Shown here piece by piece: positions 49,356 through 63,420 of a stretch of DNA of 64,000 bases. The translations under genes and the position numbers were made by a program. The notes under the pieces are model-generated. The model saw only the letters and a program-made list of their open reading frames with translations. It did no database searches and had not been told where the DNA came from. Source of the DNA: Amphiscolops sp. MND2022 (Eukaryota); contig OZ076409.1 in the NCBI GenBank assembly GCA_964187785.1, positions 54,810,001 through 54,874,000 on the forward strand, written 5' to 3'. Position 1 is the first letter of the stretch; each line of letters begins with the position of its first letter.

Positions 49356-49654
49356 AACTGTCGACTTGAAAAACTTCAAAAACCGAACTGTTTGCTTCAA
49401 TCTACGCAAGTATGTATTTTAATCTATCTACCCTTCCATTAGCAATAAGCGCGATGTTTAGACTCTTTCGGACGATTCAGTCTAATAATTTTTGTAGTGG
49501 AATCATTTGTTCGGGCGTTAGCTTTCATTTCTGCAAAAGCATTTCTTTTAATTGGGTTTTTCTCTCACTTTTTCATTTGAGTGAACCCATTGTTGCTTAA
49601 AGTAGGTACCCCTTTTTTCCAGGAAACATTCAATAACAAGAAAGAAAAAGACGG

Positions 49655-51230
49655 GAATAAGACGGGAAAGTCGGTGCCTCACTTAATGTTGGAAAGTGCA
49701 AAGTTTTTGAACTTTGCTCAGGACTTTGTTAAAATGAAAAACGCGCATAAAAAAAGTCGAAACACCCAAAGGGAAAACGCTTGAGAAGTTCGGATATAGC
49801 GTGCTGGGACAAATGGGAGCGCTTGTTTTTGAACCTCTGCCTCCTCCTCAGTAAAACGCAATATAGTTCGTATACAACCTCAATGTTCGGATCTAGCGCT
49901 GTACTCCGGATATTACGTCAGAAATTCGGGAACTTTTGAAAAAATATATTGGTGGATATATATTGAGAAAACATAACATCAGACGAAAGCTGAGAGTTTT
50001 GAACAGTCTCATAGTGCCAAAAAATGTGAAAGAGGGGACCTTTTGGCTTTTTTAACATCCTATCTGTGGCAAAATATCAGGAAAATTAAACGGGGGCTCT
50101 TTGGAAACAAACAAATCTCGGGCAAAAAAGTCCTATAATGCCCAAAAACTATTAAAATCAAACCTTCTGTGTTGTCTAGTAACGAAAAACGCTTAAAAAC
50201 CTATGGTACCCAAAGGTGGCACCCTCTGCAAGCACTCGAGTTTGCTTTTTAGTAAGATAAGAAGGCCTATAGAATTTCTGTAAAAAGTGGACCTTTAAGT
50301 GTGAGAGCTCTGTAGTCTGGAGAAAAAAGTCACTGTAAAAGTAGGACATTTTTTGCTTCATGAAAAGCGCCGACTAAAACGAACAGTGACTGTAATAGTC
50401 GGATTCTTTTATTCTAAAAGCGCCGACTTGAAAATAACGTAGTAGAACTGCGATTCTTATTAGCAATATTTTCAAAGGACCCGGGGTTTTGTTTCCATAT
50501 TTTTGCCTCCTTGAAACGATCAACGTTCCAATTTAAAAACTACTTTTTCTCGCTACGTGAGTCAATGGGTGTGGAATATTCTGTCTCAAGTTGCGCTCAG
50601 TTTCAAAGTAGTTGTCTTGTTAGCGAATGGATCCCTTGCAAATTCAATTTCCAACAAGACGGGAACGTCTAAAGTCGGCGCAAAATCTAAGGCTCAAAAA
50701 GAGCAAAGTTTCTGAAATATGTCCAGGACGTGTTTATGAAAAGCCCAGAAAAGTGTTTTGAGTCACCCAAAGGGTGCATTTTATGTTCGATAAGACTCGG
50801 AAATCACTTTTGCCCCAACTGGAAACAAAAAAAAACATTTTTTTCTGGAAAAAAAATCGATTTTTCATTCGGAAATTGTCGCATAGTCCCGAAAACCCTA
50901 AGGAGTCCTCTATGCTCGCAAAACCTTTCGTTTCTAGTAAATCTTGATAAATCTTCGATAAAAACAACTTGGAAAAAGTCGCATAGTGCCGAAAAAAAAC
51001 GACGGTCCAAAAAAATCGGATTTAGCGTGCTGGTTCATTGAGAAAAACAATTTTTAAAACAAAAAATAACCACTTTGAAAAACCTGACAATGCCGAAAAA
51101 AGTTAAAGGGGACGCTTTGGGATTGATTAATACACGTTTTGTTGCAAAATATCAAAAAAAAATGAAAGGGAGACCCTTTGGTGCAATCAAAAATGTTGCG
51201 AAAAAGTCTTATAGTAACGAAAAAATCACA
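49655..51230 (-). mobile_element. Cluster of HINE-like repeat copies (approx. 49655-50428 and 50653-51230)
   Basis: AACAAGACGGGAACGTCTAAAGTCGGCGC at 50653. AAAAGCGCCGACTAAAA at ~50363. Confidence 0.5.
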
Positions 51231-54200
51231 ACATAACAGTTAATGGGGTCAAATAATACCGTCAAATAATTATATAATGCAATTTTAAAACGACGTTAGA
51301 CTAGATGGCGCTTCTACACACGCTGAAACGAGTTTGAGGCGGTTGAGTTGAATAAATTTCTCATGCATTCAAATGATTATTCGAAGGAAAAAAACAACAA
51401 GAACGACAGCTACAATCAGTTTTATTTTTCCTTTTCAGAAAAGATATTCTCCAAGATGGACACAAGGTCAACTTGGAACGTTATCGGGGATAGTAAAGGT
51501 GATCCAATTTCGAAGAAGGAGCGAAACAAGTTACTAAGCTTACATTGAGTTTCAAAAAAAAAATGTTTTAAAAGTAGCATTTGAAAAACCAGGTTTTGTT
51601 GAACTAATTTTTGAAGCATTTCCAGTCAGGGTGGTCAACTTCCGGTCACAGGGGTTATTTCCGGTGAGGATAGTGTCACTAGTTAACGGCTCCGCACTTA
51701 ACTGGCATTTCATCCTCAGCCTGTTTAATGAGACTTACTTGACCTAAACGTAATCTAAATTCGATTCACAATGTCAAAAAATGTCAAGAGGGGGTTAACT
51801 CCATTTCCGGCCATCGCTGCACGCACAACTGGTTGCCATGCGGTTACGACGTTGCTATGCAAAGTTTCATCCAATTCAATCGGCAAAAACTGATGTTTTT
51901 CTATTATTACCCCCATTTCCGTAAGTTGTTTCTTCGTCATAAATGCGGGCATACAGGACCCTGCCCGTCGCCCGCAAAATTTTGGTAGGGTTATTACCCT
52001 TACCACCAAAATAGCCAAACGGGAGATCCTTAGTATGTTTTGGACCAGGTTCTGACGTATGCAGTATGTTTTGGACATGCGTAGTTCAAATTGAACAAAT
52101 GAACATAAAAGTGGTCCTTTCAGTGTGAGGTCTGAAAAAAAGGAGGAAAAGAAGATCTGGAGAAAAAAAGGTCGCTGTGAGAGTCGGGCATTTTTGCTTC
52201 ACAAAAAGCGCAGACTGAAAACACTATAACCGAATACTTTCGGCAGAGTTTGACATTTGAATAAAATGGTTTGAGCGTTAGACAACACCTTTCAAAGTGA
52301 TTTTGTTTATAATTTTTGGTATATCTGTTTTAAAATACACTTTTTTTCTGTGAAAATTTTGGCTTATGAGAAACTTAGGCGGAATTCATTCGCTTGTTGA
52401 GACCTAAAAACATGGTGCATAATTTTCTTGTTTTCACCAGAAACTCATAGCTCTTACAAGATGTATAATAACTAAAAAAACCTATAACATGCGAAGATAA
52501 GTACGAGATTATGTCGGAAACTCAGTTTTTGTCATCTAGTGTGTGTATTTGTTGATGAAACGAATCTTCGAAAGTGTCAGTGAATAGTGAACACTTGAAA
52601 ATACTGTTTCTATTCAATAACTGATGGAACAAAGAAACGGAAGATATTTAAAATATTCAAAACAAGCTAACCATTTTTGACTCTTCGATTGGACCCACTT
52701 TGTGAATGTACATATCGAAGGTGATGAAATCAGTCTCCCCTGAAACACCGTTAGAAATTAGGAAGTAAAACCTAAAACTGATTGATTATTGTTTGTGTTT
52801 TGGTAAAAGTGAGATTGTGTCCGAACAGAGGCGTCAACTAAAAATTCCTGAAATATTCAAAGTTTCTCAACTTTTCCAATCTTTAGTAAGTTGAGAGAAG
52901 TTCAGATCAGAACATGAATGTTAATGTAACTACCTTCTTTGCGGTAACTAACATCCTTATGACGTTAGCATTGGAGCAAATCTAAACATGCCATCTTACA
53001 TGCCAAAATTTAGGAAAGTCATCCGAAAGTTTCAATTATTATCAATAATTTGAGATTCAATTTTCCAAAATCAGACTTTTTTTTGAAACGAGACGCAGAT
53101 CAATCAAAAATAAAAATATTAACAAATTTCCGGTAGTTGTTCCAGCTCAATGTTGCATAATTATGGGAAATTTATGGCACTTTTGGCTGTGAAAGAAAGT
53201 TATCACCTTCTACTGGGAGGGGTTGTCCTAAATTAGAGCGAGATACACATTTTTTGGGGTGAGCTTTATAGTAGGAGAAAAATAGTGGCCTTTATTTCGG
53301 ACGAATTTGACATCACCTGCTGCATTGAAGTGACACGTAGCCCGTTTAAATATCTTCTCATTCTCAAAACATCAATCAAGCTGTTACGACTCCTGTTAGG
53401 GTCGTTGTTCTGTACATTTCTGATTATTTTTGTAGCTTTTTTGAAGGACATTCTTCTTTTTAGCTTCTCTTGATGAAAAGATTTTTGGATTTACCAATTT
53501 TGAATTGAAGTTTGCAGAGTAATTGTTTTAACAAAACAAAGTAGAATTTGATACAAGACAGCAGATCGAATCAGAAATTGAATGAATAAGTTTACAGGTA
53601 CAAGCTATATATACCCTCCTAGCATCATCTGTTCATACTCGCGTATTTTAATTTCCATCGAGATATTAGTCACTTCCTGTAATTTTGCGGCAAAATTTTG
53701 ATCTTCGTCAGCAATTCGTCAATTTTTAAGACACGGCAATTCTAATCTACTATTAGTCATCAACCATGATCATATCATTTCATTCCGGCGTCCTTTTGTT
53801 TCCTCTCAAGCAGGAAGTAGATATTACTTCAGTCTGTCAAACCGGAAATACTTCCCCGTTTTTCTGCTTTGGTTCGTAAGAAACCGACGCGGAGATGACG
53901 CTGACGTGAACAACTTTTACCTGATTTTGAATTTCCACTTGAAAAAAATTATGACTAATTCCAAACTAGGATTATTTAATCGATGCTAGGAAAACATTTT
54001 GGAAGATTAATACAAGTATAGGAATAAAATTAACATTCATGAATTTCCAACAAAATAGGGAATAAAACAGATACAAAACTTGGTTTGTCGCACCAATTGC
54101 GTCACATTTTACAAAACCATTAGTAAAACAACAATTAGCACTTTCACAACTATAATTTCGCCATCAGCACAACATTTCCCAAACCCATTAGGGGAACGTA

Positions 54201-55583
54201 GATAAGAAAATGATTGCATCAACAATTATCATGTACATATTTGCCAAATTGAAAGTAAAAGGTACAAACTTATGAAAATACATTTCTGGGTACAAAATAT
54301 TTTTTACCCGCACTGAACATGAGTATAAACTGTGACCTTTGCTTAACTTCTTGTGAAATTTCATTTAAAAGATATCCGGGTAGGTTTCCTCTATTGTCAA
54401 AAAATGCATGACGACTAACTGACGCACTAACTGGATTTTATACTACACCTATATCAGATATGTTTTAAGTGTGAAATTTCAGATAGCCTACCATTGACGA
54501 AACGTCTGCATTGCGGATTAAGAAAAGCCATTATCATTTTCCTTATGAAGCTGCGAATTAAACATGAGGATAAAACCGGTTATTTTGACAGATTTACCTA
54601 TTTCCAACTAATTTCATAAACTTGTCGTCGTCACTGTGACGCATTTTCTTGGCAATACTGAACTCTGCCAAGTTTGCCGCATCGTTGACGCATATTTTGA
54701 GACAAGTTAACAGCTAGTTACTAGTATTGTGACGTCACGCAGGCGGTAAATCGGAATGATTTTCTAGCATAGTGGTTGATATAGGTGGATAATTGGAATG
54801 AATTTTTGACTAGCTGCCAAGTTAGACGAGATGCTGACGTCACATTTTGGAATAAAATTCTATCTAGCTGCCATAGCTGTGACTTAGCGTAGTTGCGAAG
54901 CAAATTCAATCGTATTGGCGAAGCGGTGACCTGTATTAGTTTTAGTTTGTTTTTAATTCAATCCAGTCCGGGCGCGGACTGTGACAGGGCCACTCTCATA
55001 GGACGAATGGTTCTCGGGAGCTTGATAAAATGAAAGAGATGATGTTAGGGAAGTATTTTACCGTCAATTAATTGGTTTTCAAATTGTTTTTGTTTTCTTT
55101 AGTCCTAAATTTTGACGTAGTTTCGTTCTTTTTGCGACAAGTAATTCCAATGATATGTCTCGGTTGTATTTTGCAGGAAAATGATTAAAATTCTACTGTC
55201 ATCACTACGCATGTCCGGAAATGTGTGAAATTATCTCGGAATGTTTTAAGTTCTGAAATCACTCATAATTTAGATTTTGATGGTTTTAACTTGTCACAGT
55301 TTATTTCAATTTAATAAGATAGTCTAACTGTTTTCATAATGCATCCATGATCACGTCCAAACTGCGCCTCTCGGCAACCACAATCCAGGCCGGGCGCGGA
55401 CTGTGACAGGGCCACTCTCATGGGACGAAGATATCTCGTGGGGTTGTCGAAACTGAAGAGAGGATTGTTTTGGTTGTACGCTTTCCCAGAGGAATGTGAC
55501 ATTTCCGGTACCACTCTGTAGTTCAGTATAGCACTTTTTGGGAGGTGGTAGAAGCTGTCTTTTAATTCCTTTATAGTCCCAGG

Positions 55584-55901
55584 TGTTGACGTTTTCCCAA
55601 CGTCACGTTTTTATTGGCCTCAAATTAAATTAATTCGTTTGACCAAAGTTGTCAACGTTTTTCTGACGTCAAGTTCGTTAGCATAGCTAACTTTTGAATT
55701 TGTCACCGTTTTGATGACGTCATTATAGATTATAGGTTTAATTCTTAACCCTGATAACCTTTGTGTCGACGTTATGCCGACGTCAATTTCGTTGGTAATT
55801 AGCCAACTTTAGGTTTTGTCACCGTTTTGATGACGTCAATTTTGTTAGCGATAAGCCAACTTCAATTTTTTGCGGTCACTGTTGACGTCATGATGACGTC
55901 G
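55584..55901. promoter_or_regulatory. Six-copy 22-bp ACGT/CRE repeat array homologous to B 24519-24824
   Basis: Copies at 55584, 55650, 55701, 55764, 55817, 55880. Confidence 0.75.
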
Positions 55902-56412
55902 TATCAGTATTGGGCTGTTATAACCCGGTCATTTGCGACGTCAATCTTGCGTCGTCTTTGTATATGGGCTGTTATAACCCGGTCATTTTCAGATCCATAT
56001 GATCTTAAAAGGTCATGGTCTGCAAGATGATAATAGGACTCATTTTTGTTCTCTGAGGGAGATGTGCGTCTAAGTGACGCCAACGCGCTGGTTTTTCAAC
56101 AACCCTTAGGTTTGTAACATTCCGCGTTCCATTAAGCTTTTCTGAATCATACGAAGCTGCAGATAGGCCTTTTCTGCTTTTGTATGTTCATAGCTTAGAT
56201 TTTCTGACTAGTCGATTCGGGAATGTGTGCTTCAGTGACTACATCTTTGTCATCTTTCGAACGCACATCTCGGCCTCAGGAAAAGTCTAGTTTTTTTTTC
56301 TTTTTTTATACTTACCGATGTAAGCTAATTCACCCGACTCTGGGCAAAGGTAACGCCCCAGGGGTATGTTGCCAGCTTTTGGAACCTCGTGTTGTGGTAA
56401 ACAATGTCTTCG

Positions 56413-56673
56413 GCAGGTGTTGGACTGCATCTGACGATGTACTGACGGGTTGAGTGTTGTTGGTGTAGTCGTCGAATTTTAACTCGTTTATCATCAGTCG
56501 GTCAACAAGTAGTCTCCATTTGCCGTTTGGGTTGCGTTGCTCAATTAGTGTATGTTCGTCTTCGTTTCTGGGGCGAAGAGTTTCCGCAATGTGCAGGGAC
56601 GCTCTTTGGACGGTAGTTTAAGCTGAGGTTTTCTTGGATACATTTGTTGAAAGGTCCAAAACTCCTGTCACCA
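56413..56673 (-). pseudogene. gag start fused to a ~42-codon RT remnant in element C
   Basis: MVTGVLDLSTN followed by QRNPNGKWRLLVDRLMINELKFDDYTNNTQPVSTSSDAVQHL; B Pol has QRKPNGKLRLLVDLRKINALISDDYINNNHPVSTLSDAAQHL. Confidence 0.85.
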
Positions 56674-59561
56674 TGTTACGACTCCTGTCAGGGTCGTTGT
56701 TCTGTACATTTCTGATTATTTTTGTAGCTTTTTTGAAGGACATTCTTCTTTTTAGCTTCTCTTGATGAAAAGATTTTTGGATTTACCAATTTTGAATTGA
56801 AGTTTGCAGAGTAATTGTTTTAACAAAACAAAGTAGAATTTGATACAAGACAGCAGATCGAATCAGAAATTGAATGAATAAGTTTACAGGTACAAGCTAT
56901 ATATACCCTCCTAGCATCATCTGTTCATACTCGCGTACTTTAATTTCCATCGAGATATTAGTCACTTCCTGTAATTTTGCGGCAAAATTTTGATCTTCGT
57001 CAGCAATTCGTCAATTTTTAAGACACGGCAATTCTAATCTACTATTAGTCATCAACCATGATCATATCATTTCATTCCGGCGTCCTTTTGTTTCCTCTCA
57101 AGCAGGAAGTAGATATTACTTCAGTCTGTCAAACCGGAAATACTTCCCCGTTTTTCTGCTTTGGTTCGTAAGAAACCGACGCGGAGATGACGCTGACGTG
57201 AACAACTTTTACCTGATTTTGAATTTCCACTTGAAAAAAATTATGACTAATTCCAAACTAGGATTATTTAATCGATGCTAGGAAAACATTTTGGAAGATT
57301 AATACAAGTATAGGAATAAAATTAACATTCATGAATTTCCAACAAAATAGGGAATAAAACAGATACAAAACTTGGTTTGTCGCACCAATTGCGTCACATT
57401 TTACAAAACCATTAGTAAAACAACAATTAGCACTTTCACAACTATAATTTCGTCATCAGCACAACATTTCCCAAACCCATTAGGGGAACGTAGATAAGAA
57501 AATGATTGCATCAACAATTATCATGTACATATTTGCCAAATTGAAAGTAAAAGGTACAAACTTATGAAAATACATTTCTGGGTACAAAATATATTTTACC
57601 CGCACTGAACATGAGTATAAACTGTGACCTTTGCTTAACTTCTTGTGAAATTTCATTTAAAAGATATCCGGGTAGGTTTCCTCTATTGTCAAAAAATGCA
57701 TGACGACTAACTAACGCACTAACTGGATTTTATACTACACCTATATCAGATATGTTTTAAGTGTGAAATTTCGGATAGCCTAACATTGACGAAACGTCTG
57801 CATTGCGGATTAAGAAAAGCCATTATCATTTTCCTTATGAAGCTGCGAATTAAACATGAGGATAAAACCGGTTATTTTGACAGATTTACCTATTTCCAAC
57901 TAATTTCATAAACTTGTCGTCGTCACTGTGACGCATTTTCTTGGCGATACTGAACTCTGCCAAGTTTGCCGCATCTTTGACGCATATTTTGAGACAAGTT
58001 AACAGCTAGTTACTAGTATTGTGACGTCACGCAGGTGGTAAATCGGAATGATTTTCTAGCATAGTGGTTGATATAGGCGGATAATTGGAATGAATTTTTG
58101 ACTAGCTGCCAAGTTAGACGAGATGCTGACGTCACATTTTGGAATAAAATTCTAGCTAGCTGCCATAGCTGTGACTTAGCGTAGTTGCGAAGCAAATTCA
58201 ATCGTATTGGCGAAGCGGTGACCTGTATTAGTTTTAGTTTGTTTTTAATTCAATCCAGTCCGGGCGCGGACTGTGACACAAGCTTATTCTAACTTTGAAG
58301 TGAAATCCATTTAATTTCCAAGCCACATCAATTTTGATTCCAAGAGTTTAGTGTAAAGTTGCTGCAGGATTATTTCATACCTTTCACGTTTAGGTTAAAG
58401 GCAAATATCGTCTTTTCCCAATCACCCAAGCGTCGTTATCAATAACAACATGGTTTATCTTATGGCTGATACTAAAGGTTATGCAACAGGCAACATTTTT
58501 GAACACATAAATGGTAATAAAGTCTAATTATTTAGCTTGATGCCATTATGAAAACTTGTATAATCAAGTTAATAATTATACTTTAATTTAATTTTGAACA
58601 ATATGATTTGTAATTTCCCAGTTAACTTCTTGAATAACAACAAAAAAAATCATGAAAAAAGACGACATATATAGCTGAAGCAATTAGAGCAACGTTTGTG
58701 ATAAAATGCGACATTTTTCAACATTTATATATGGAGGTGTGTGAAAAAGTCCTAGAAAGGACTATCTGAAATTGAAGGGCGGAAAGCTGGTTGAAAATTA
58801 ATTTGCCGAAATATAATTGCGTGCAAACGCGTCGAATGATTACATATTACCAATTGGCTGTTAGTAACCCAACAGAAAATCGCCCCTTTCCTTGCGAAGT
58901 GCTAAATATGGAATATTTTTCTTTAATTGAGGCGAGAAATTTTTAGTTTTTGGCATTACATAGTTTTTAAGAAAAAAATTACATAATTGCTTGAAATGCC
59001 AGTTTAATAATTTATTATACTATTGTTCGTGATACCGTACTATCACAAAGTTCTATATTTCGCTAAATTGATTTCCTGAACATACTTGTGACGAGTTTCC
59101 GCGTTAAATTTTTGACCAGTTGTTACGGCGGGTGTTTCCCGACGAGTTGTTGTTGATAAGTTTTCCTGGATTCATTAATGGAAAATTGCAATTCAAAGGT
59201 ATCTTTAGTTCTTGTTCACTGGTGCATTTCCGCGATTATCTTTTTTCTAGGAAATAGACGAGGAAATTTATTCATATGAATTCATGCATTTTGTAACGTC
59301 AAGCTAGCAACGTATATCCTAGAACTGGGACAGTGCCTAGATTACATAGACAGGAGACGGTAGGCTTACTACAAGCGTAGACCTGCGGAGACTTTTCATA
59401 CGTCAAGGAGGCTCCTCTTTTTAGAGCTCTGTGGCGACCTGCCGGTACACTCAAGGTGCGGACACGTCCCACAAGCCTGTAAAAACAAATCTTAAGGTTC
59501 TTGCAACTTCCTGCATGCTTCCGAGGTCCAAAAATGGCAATTAGCTGAAATACATTAAATT

Positions 59562-60515
59562 GGGGGAATAAGATCTGTAATGGGGATCTACTAGATCATA
59601 CATCACTAAATGCCTGGAAATAGCGCAACCTCATAACTTAGAATGTCAAAATTCAAAACCAAATATCTCGTAAACTGTCACGAATACAAAATTTTGCCAG
59701 CTAGGGAAGTTTCTTAGAGTTTTCTCTGGTTTACAAAAGTGTTTCTTTGAAATTTCTCCAAATGCAAAAAAATCCAAAAATTTCAATTATACGCTACTCA
59801 ATTTTCAAAAAACTCAAATTTCAATTGAATTGTTTTAAAAATTTGCATTTTCTAACTTTTTCAGTAAGAGTCGTGGAATTTTCAACCAAACATTTTTGTA
59901 AACTAGATAAAATTCAAAGAAACTTCCCTGGCTGACAATTTTCCGTACTTGTGACAGTTTGCAAGATATACGGATTTGAAATTTGCAATTTTAAGCAATG
60001 GAGTTGCGATATTTCAGAACGCTACTGTATTAATATAAGTATAGAAACTATCCAAAACTATTATTAAATATTCATCGGAACGTTTTCCTCAAACTACATT
60101 CCTCAAACTGTCTGGTGTCATCCCACGAGTCCGAAAGGTCACGGGTCCAAATATTATTTCCAAGTAACACGAGTTCGAAAATTAATTATTTTCCGACCCC
60201 ACATTTTATAAATGGGGGAGGAAAATCATGATCTGTGACGCGTCTTTTTTTCCAAATTTTGCCGAATCTCCACAATCTGCACCTTTTGATTACTTGACTA
60301 TTTTTTATAGCAACTAGTAACTAAAATTGTCAAGTAACTAAAATAGCACACAGCGGGAATAATATCTAAAGTCAAAAAAGGGAATAAGATCAGACAGGAA
60401 TAAGATCGGACGGGAATAAGATCTAAAATTTCAGGGCGGCAATAAGATCTAAAAGGAATAAGATCTAAAACCTCTAAATTTTAAATCTTATTCTTTAGAT
60501 CCTATTCCCCCCCCC
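59562..60515. mobile_element. MITE/foldback-like element with GGAATAAGATC subterminal repeats and an internal ~130-bp inverted repeat
   Basis: GGGGAATAAGATCT at ~59563 vs AGATCCTATTCCCC at ~60497. About six GAATAAGATC copies at 60355-60470. Imperfect inverted arms ~59614-59745 and ~59888-60018. Confidence 0.5.
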
Positions 60516-60807
60516 AAAATAGCTATGGCTCAGTTGGTGAAGGCGAACAGGACGGAAAATATCCCGGTGCTTAGCGGGTGCCTTGTTTAAATTCCAACGT
60601 GTCAAAAAATTAATTTTGAACAAAGAAGACATTCATATGACAAATTAGGCTAAATTTACAGACAAAGCAGACATCCAAGCTCCTGAACTTTAGCCTGATT
60701 TATTATATGAATATTCATTTTGAGAAAAAAAATTTTCGGAAGTGCACTCGACTCAGCAGTAATTTGAATTAGCAAAAAGCAAAAAGTAAATCGAGGCTAC
60801 ATAATGA

Positions 60808-62583
60808 AACAAGACGGAAGCACTTAAAGCCCAGAGAGCGCAAAGTTTTAGAACTATGCTCAGGACTATTGTTAGAAATTAATCTATTTTACAGTGCCAA
60901 AATAACCTGAAGGTTACAGCACAAGACTCGAAAACCACTTTTTCCGAACTGAAAACAACAAAAAACATTTTTCGAAAGAAATTGAGATTGTTTTTCGGAA
61001 AACAACTCATAGTACCGAAAAACTCAGACAGAGACCTATTAAGTTCCCAAAACGTTTTTTTTTCAAGCCAAAATCTTCGTAAAAAGTGAAGGGGTACCAT
61101 TTTACAGAAAGAAAACCCTTTCGAAAAAAAATTGCACAGTGCCGAGAAAGCCGTACGTACGCCTTTTACACAATTATTGAGAAAACTCATCAGTCCTACA
61201 GGACGAACAAATGATCAGAGGTTAACCTTTAAACTGGGAAAACGGTTTTGCTCAACCGAAAACCTCTCAAAAAACGAAAAAATGTCTCCGGTAACTCGCA
61301 TATTGCCTTAAACTCAAAGTAGTCCTTCATTCTCGCAAAGCGTTTTGTTTCTAGTAAAAATCGAGGAGGGGGCTTCGATGAAAACAATTTAGAAAAAAGT
61401 CGTACCGAAAAGCGCCGTTTTAACAAAAAAAAACAAAATTTGGATATACCGTGCTGAGAAAATTTAATTTTATAACGAACATGCCGGGACCGTCCCAAGT
61501 CGGCGCCATATCCAAGGCTAGGCTAAAAAAAGCAAAAGGACATCAAAGTTTCAAAGTTTTCTCTTCTACAGCACTAAAAATTTTTTTGAAAAAAGTCTCA
61601 CAACGCCGAAAAAAATTGAAAGGGGGGAACCTTTGGGATTTTTCTATACCCAGTCTGTCGCAAAACACGAAAAAAAATGAAGGGGGACCCTTTGGGGAAA
61701 AAGTTAGGCTAACAGGTGAAATTTGAAATTTTGTAGAACTTTTAGTAGAACTATTTTGGTCAGTTCAGGTTGTCTTAAAAAAACACTGACGAAAAGCCAT
61801 GACTATAGTCGACTCTTTTCTCTAGAAAAGCGCCGACTAAAAATGATACTTTTGAAAAGTCTCAAAATGCCAAAAGTGTAAAAGGAGGACGCTTTGGGAT
61901 TTTTTAACATCGAATTTGTTGCAAAATATCCAAAAAATTAAGAAGACATAAGAAAATTTTTTCTCAGAAAGTCTCACAGTGCCAAAAAAGCGGAAGGGGA
62001 CCCTTTAATCTCGTCCGATTTTGCAAATGCGCGAAAATGCCGGCTGAAGCATGGAATCGAACATACGCATACATTCTGTTATCTGACGAAAAAAACCTGC
62101 CACAGTTAATAGTCGCGCTCATTTTGTTAAAATGCGCCTACTAAAAATAGTCGTGATGAAAAGTATTTACTACTTGGTAATCGAGACATAATAACTTATT
62201 GAAATGACATGTCTCATTTGTGCCAAAGTTGAATTAATATCGAATTAATAGGTTTCGTTTTTTAGTCAGCACTTTTCTTGAACAGAGCCGACTATAGTCA
62301 ATTGCTTTTTGTCAGTGTTTTTTTCCATATTTTTTTCGATACACCTGAAGTGACCAAAATAGGTCTTCCATCACCGGGCGAGAGTAAAGTGTCCCCCCTT
62401 TCAAGTTTTGTTTCGAAAATTTTGTTCCACCAAAGGGTACCCTGTTCAATTTTTTCGGCATTGAGACTTTTTTCAAAAAATTTTTTTCGGGTGCTGTAGA
62501 AGAGAATACTTTGACACTTTGAAGTTCTTTTGCTATTTTTGAGCCCTAGATATGGCGTCGACTTGGGCCGGTCCCGGCTTGTT
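60808..62583. mobile_element. Cluster of HINE-like repeat copies in both orientations
   Basis: AACATGCCGGGACCGTCCCAAGTCGGCGCC (~61478) to AAAAGCGCCGACTAAAA (~61826). An inverted copy at ~62257-62583 ends GCCGGTCCCGGCTTGTT. Confidence 0.5.
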
Positions 62584-63196
62584 AGTTTTCGGTATTAGTT
62601 ACTTCAATTTAATTTTCCGTGGGACTCGTTCTTCCGACGCGCAGATTAGTTAATTTTAAGTAAATACTTGGATGAAGTTGCAAAATAACAGTGAAATACG
62701 AAAATAAAAGATCAACAATCTTTCAGATTCGTGGGAAATAAAATTTGTTTTCGGACTCGCCAAAATAGTTGTATAAAGAACGAGTTCCGCGGAAAATAGC
62801 AATCAACTGTCTATATTGTACATAATATGAACTGTTCAACCGGTTCATCGCTGGCCACTGATTGCACTGTCAAACTTTGAGGCACTTAGTATTTACATGT
62901 CCAAACAAATTGATAATCTCCACTGAAATAAGTCCGGTACATGTATAAAAATTGGTTATAGATTTAAGACTTATTGGTTTGTGATATTTTTTTACATGTA
63001 CACTCTAGGGTACTGAAATTTTTCGACTGTAATTAGTGAATGATGGGCACATTGAACAATATTAAAAAGTAAATAATGACCGGCTTCCGCTCCTAATTTA
63101 GACTCTGCAACTGAATTTCCAAAACTCTCCATGTAAAAAATATTATTTACAAACTTGTCTCGTATTAGTTTTAAGGCTTCCAAAATTAGATGAATG

Positions 63197-63420
63197 CCCG
63201 GGTCGACCCTCCATGGATATCTTAGTAAGATCTTGGCAAGATCTTGCCAAGATCTTGGAAAATTCTTAGCTAAGATCGTGACAAGATATTGCCAAGAATT
63301 GCAAGATGCCATGGTAAGATCTTATCAAGAGAGCCATGTTTCCAAGAAAAATCTTACTAAGAAGCCCAATATGGCAAGAAAAATCTAACTAAGAAGCCGA
63401 ATATGGCAAGAAAAAAATTG
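63197..63420. repeat. Degenerate ~11-bp palindromic tandem repeat (CAAGATCTTG-type)
   Basis: TAAGATCTTGGCAAGATCTTGCCAAGATCTTGG..., followed by a ~30-bp duplication (ACTAAGAAGCCxAATATGGCAAGAAAA). Confidence 0.6.

Larger units (their letters stand above)
53382..58278 (-). mobile_element. Element C: non-autonomous LTR element (4897 bp), deletion derivative related to B
   Basis: LTRs 53382-54986 and 56674-58278 (1605 bp, ~12 substitutions by eye). TSD CAAGC (53377-53381 / 58279-58283). PBS at 56661-56673. LTR shares long blocks with the B LTR. Confidence 0.93.

Noticed and set aside
60520..60600. tRNA gene or tRNA-derived SINE head (TGGCTCAGTTGG A-box)
   Set aside because: B-box is degenerate (GTTTAAATTCC) and I cannot fold a cloverleaf. 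At most a decayed SINE.
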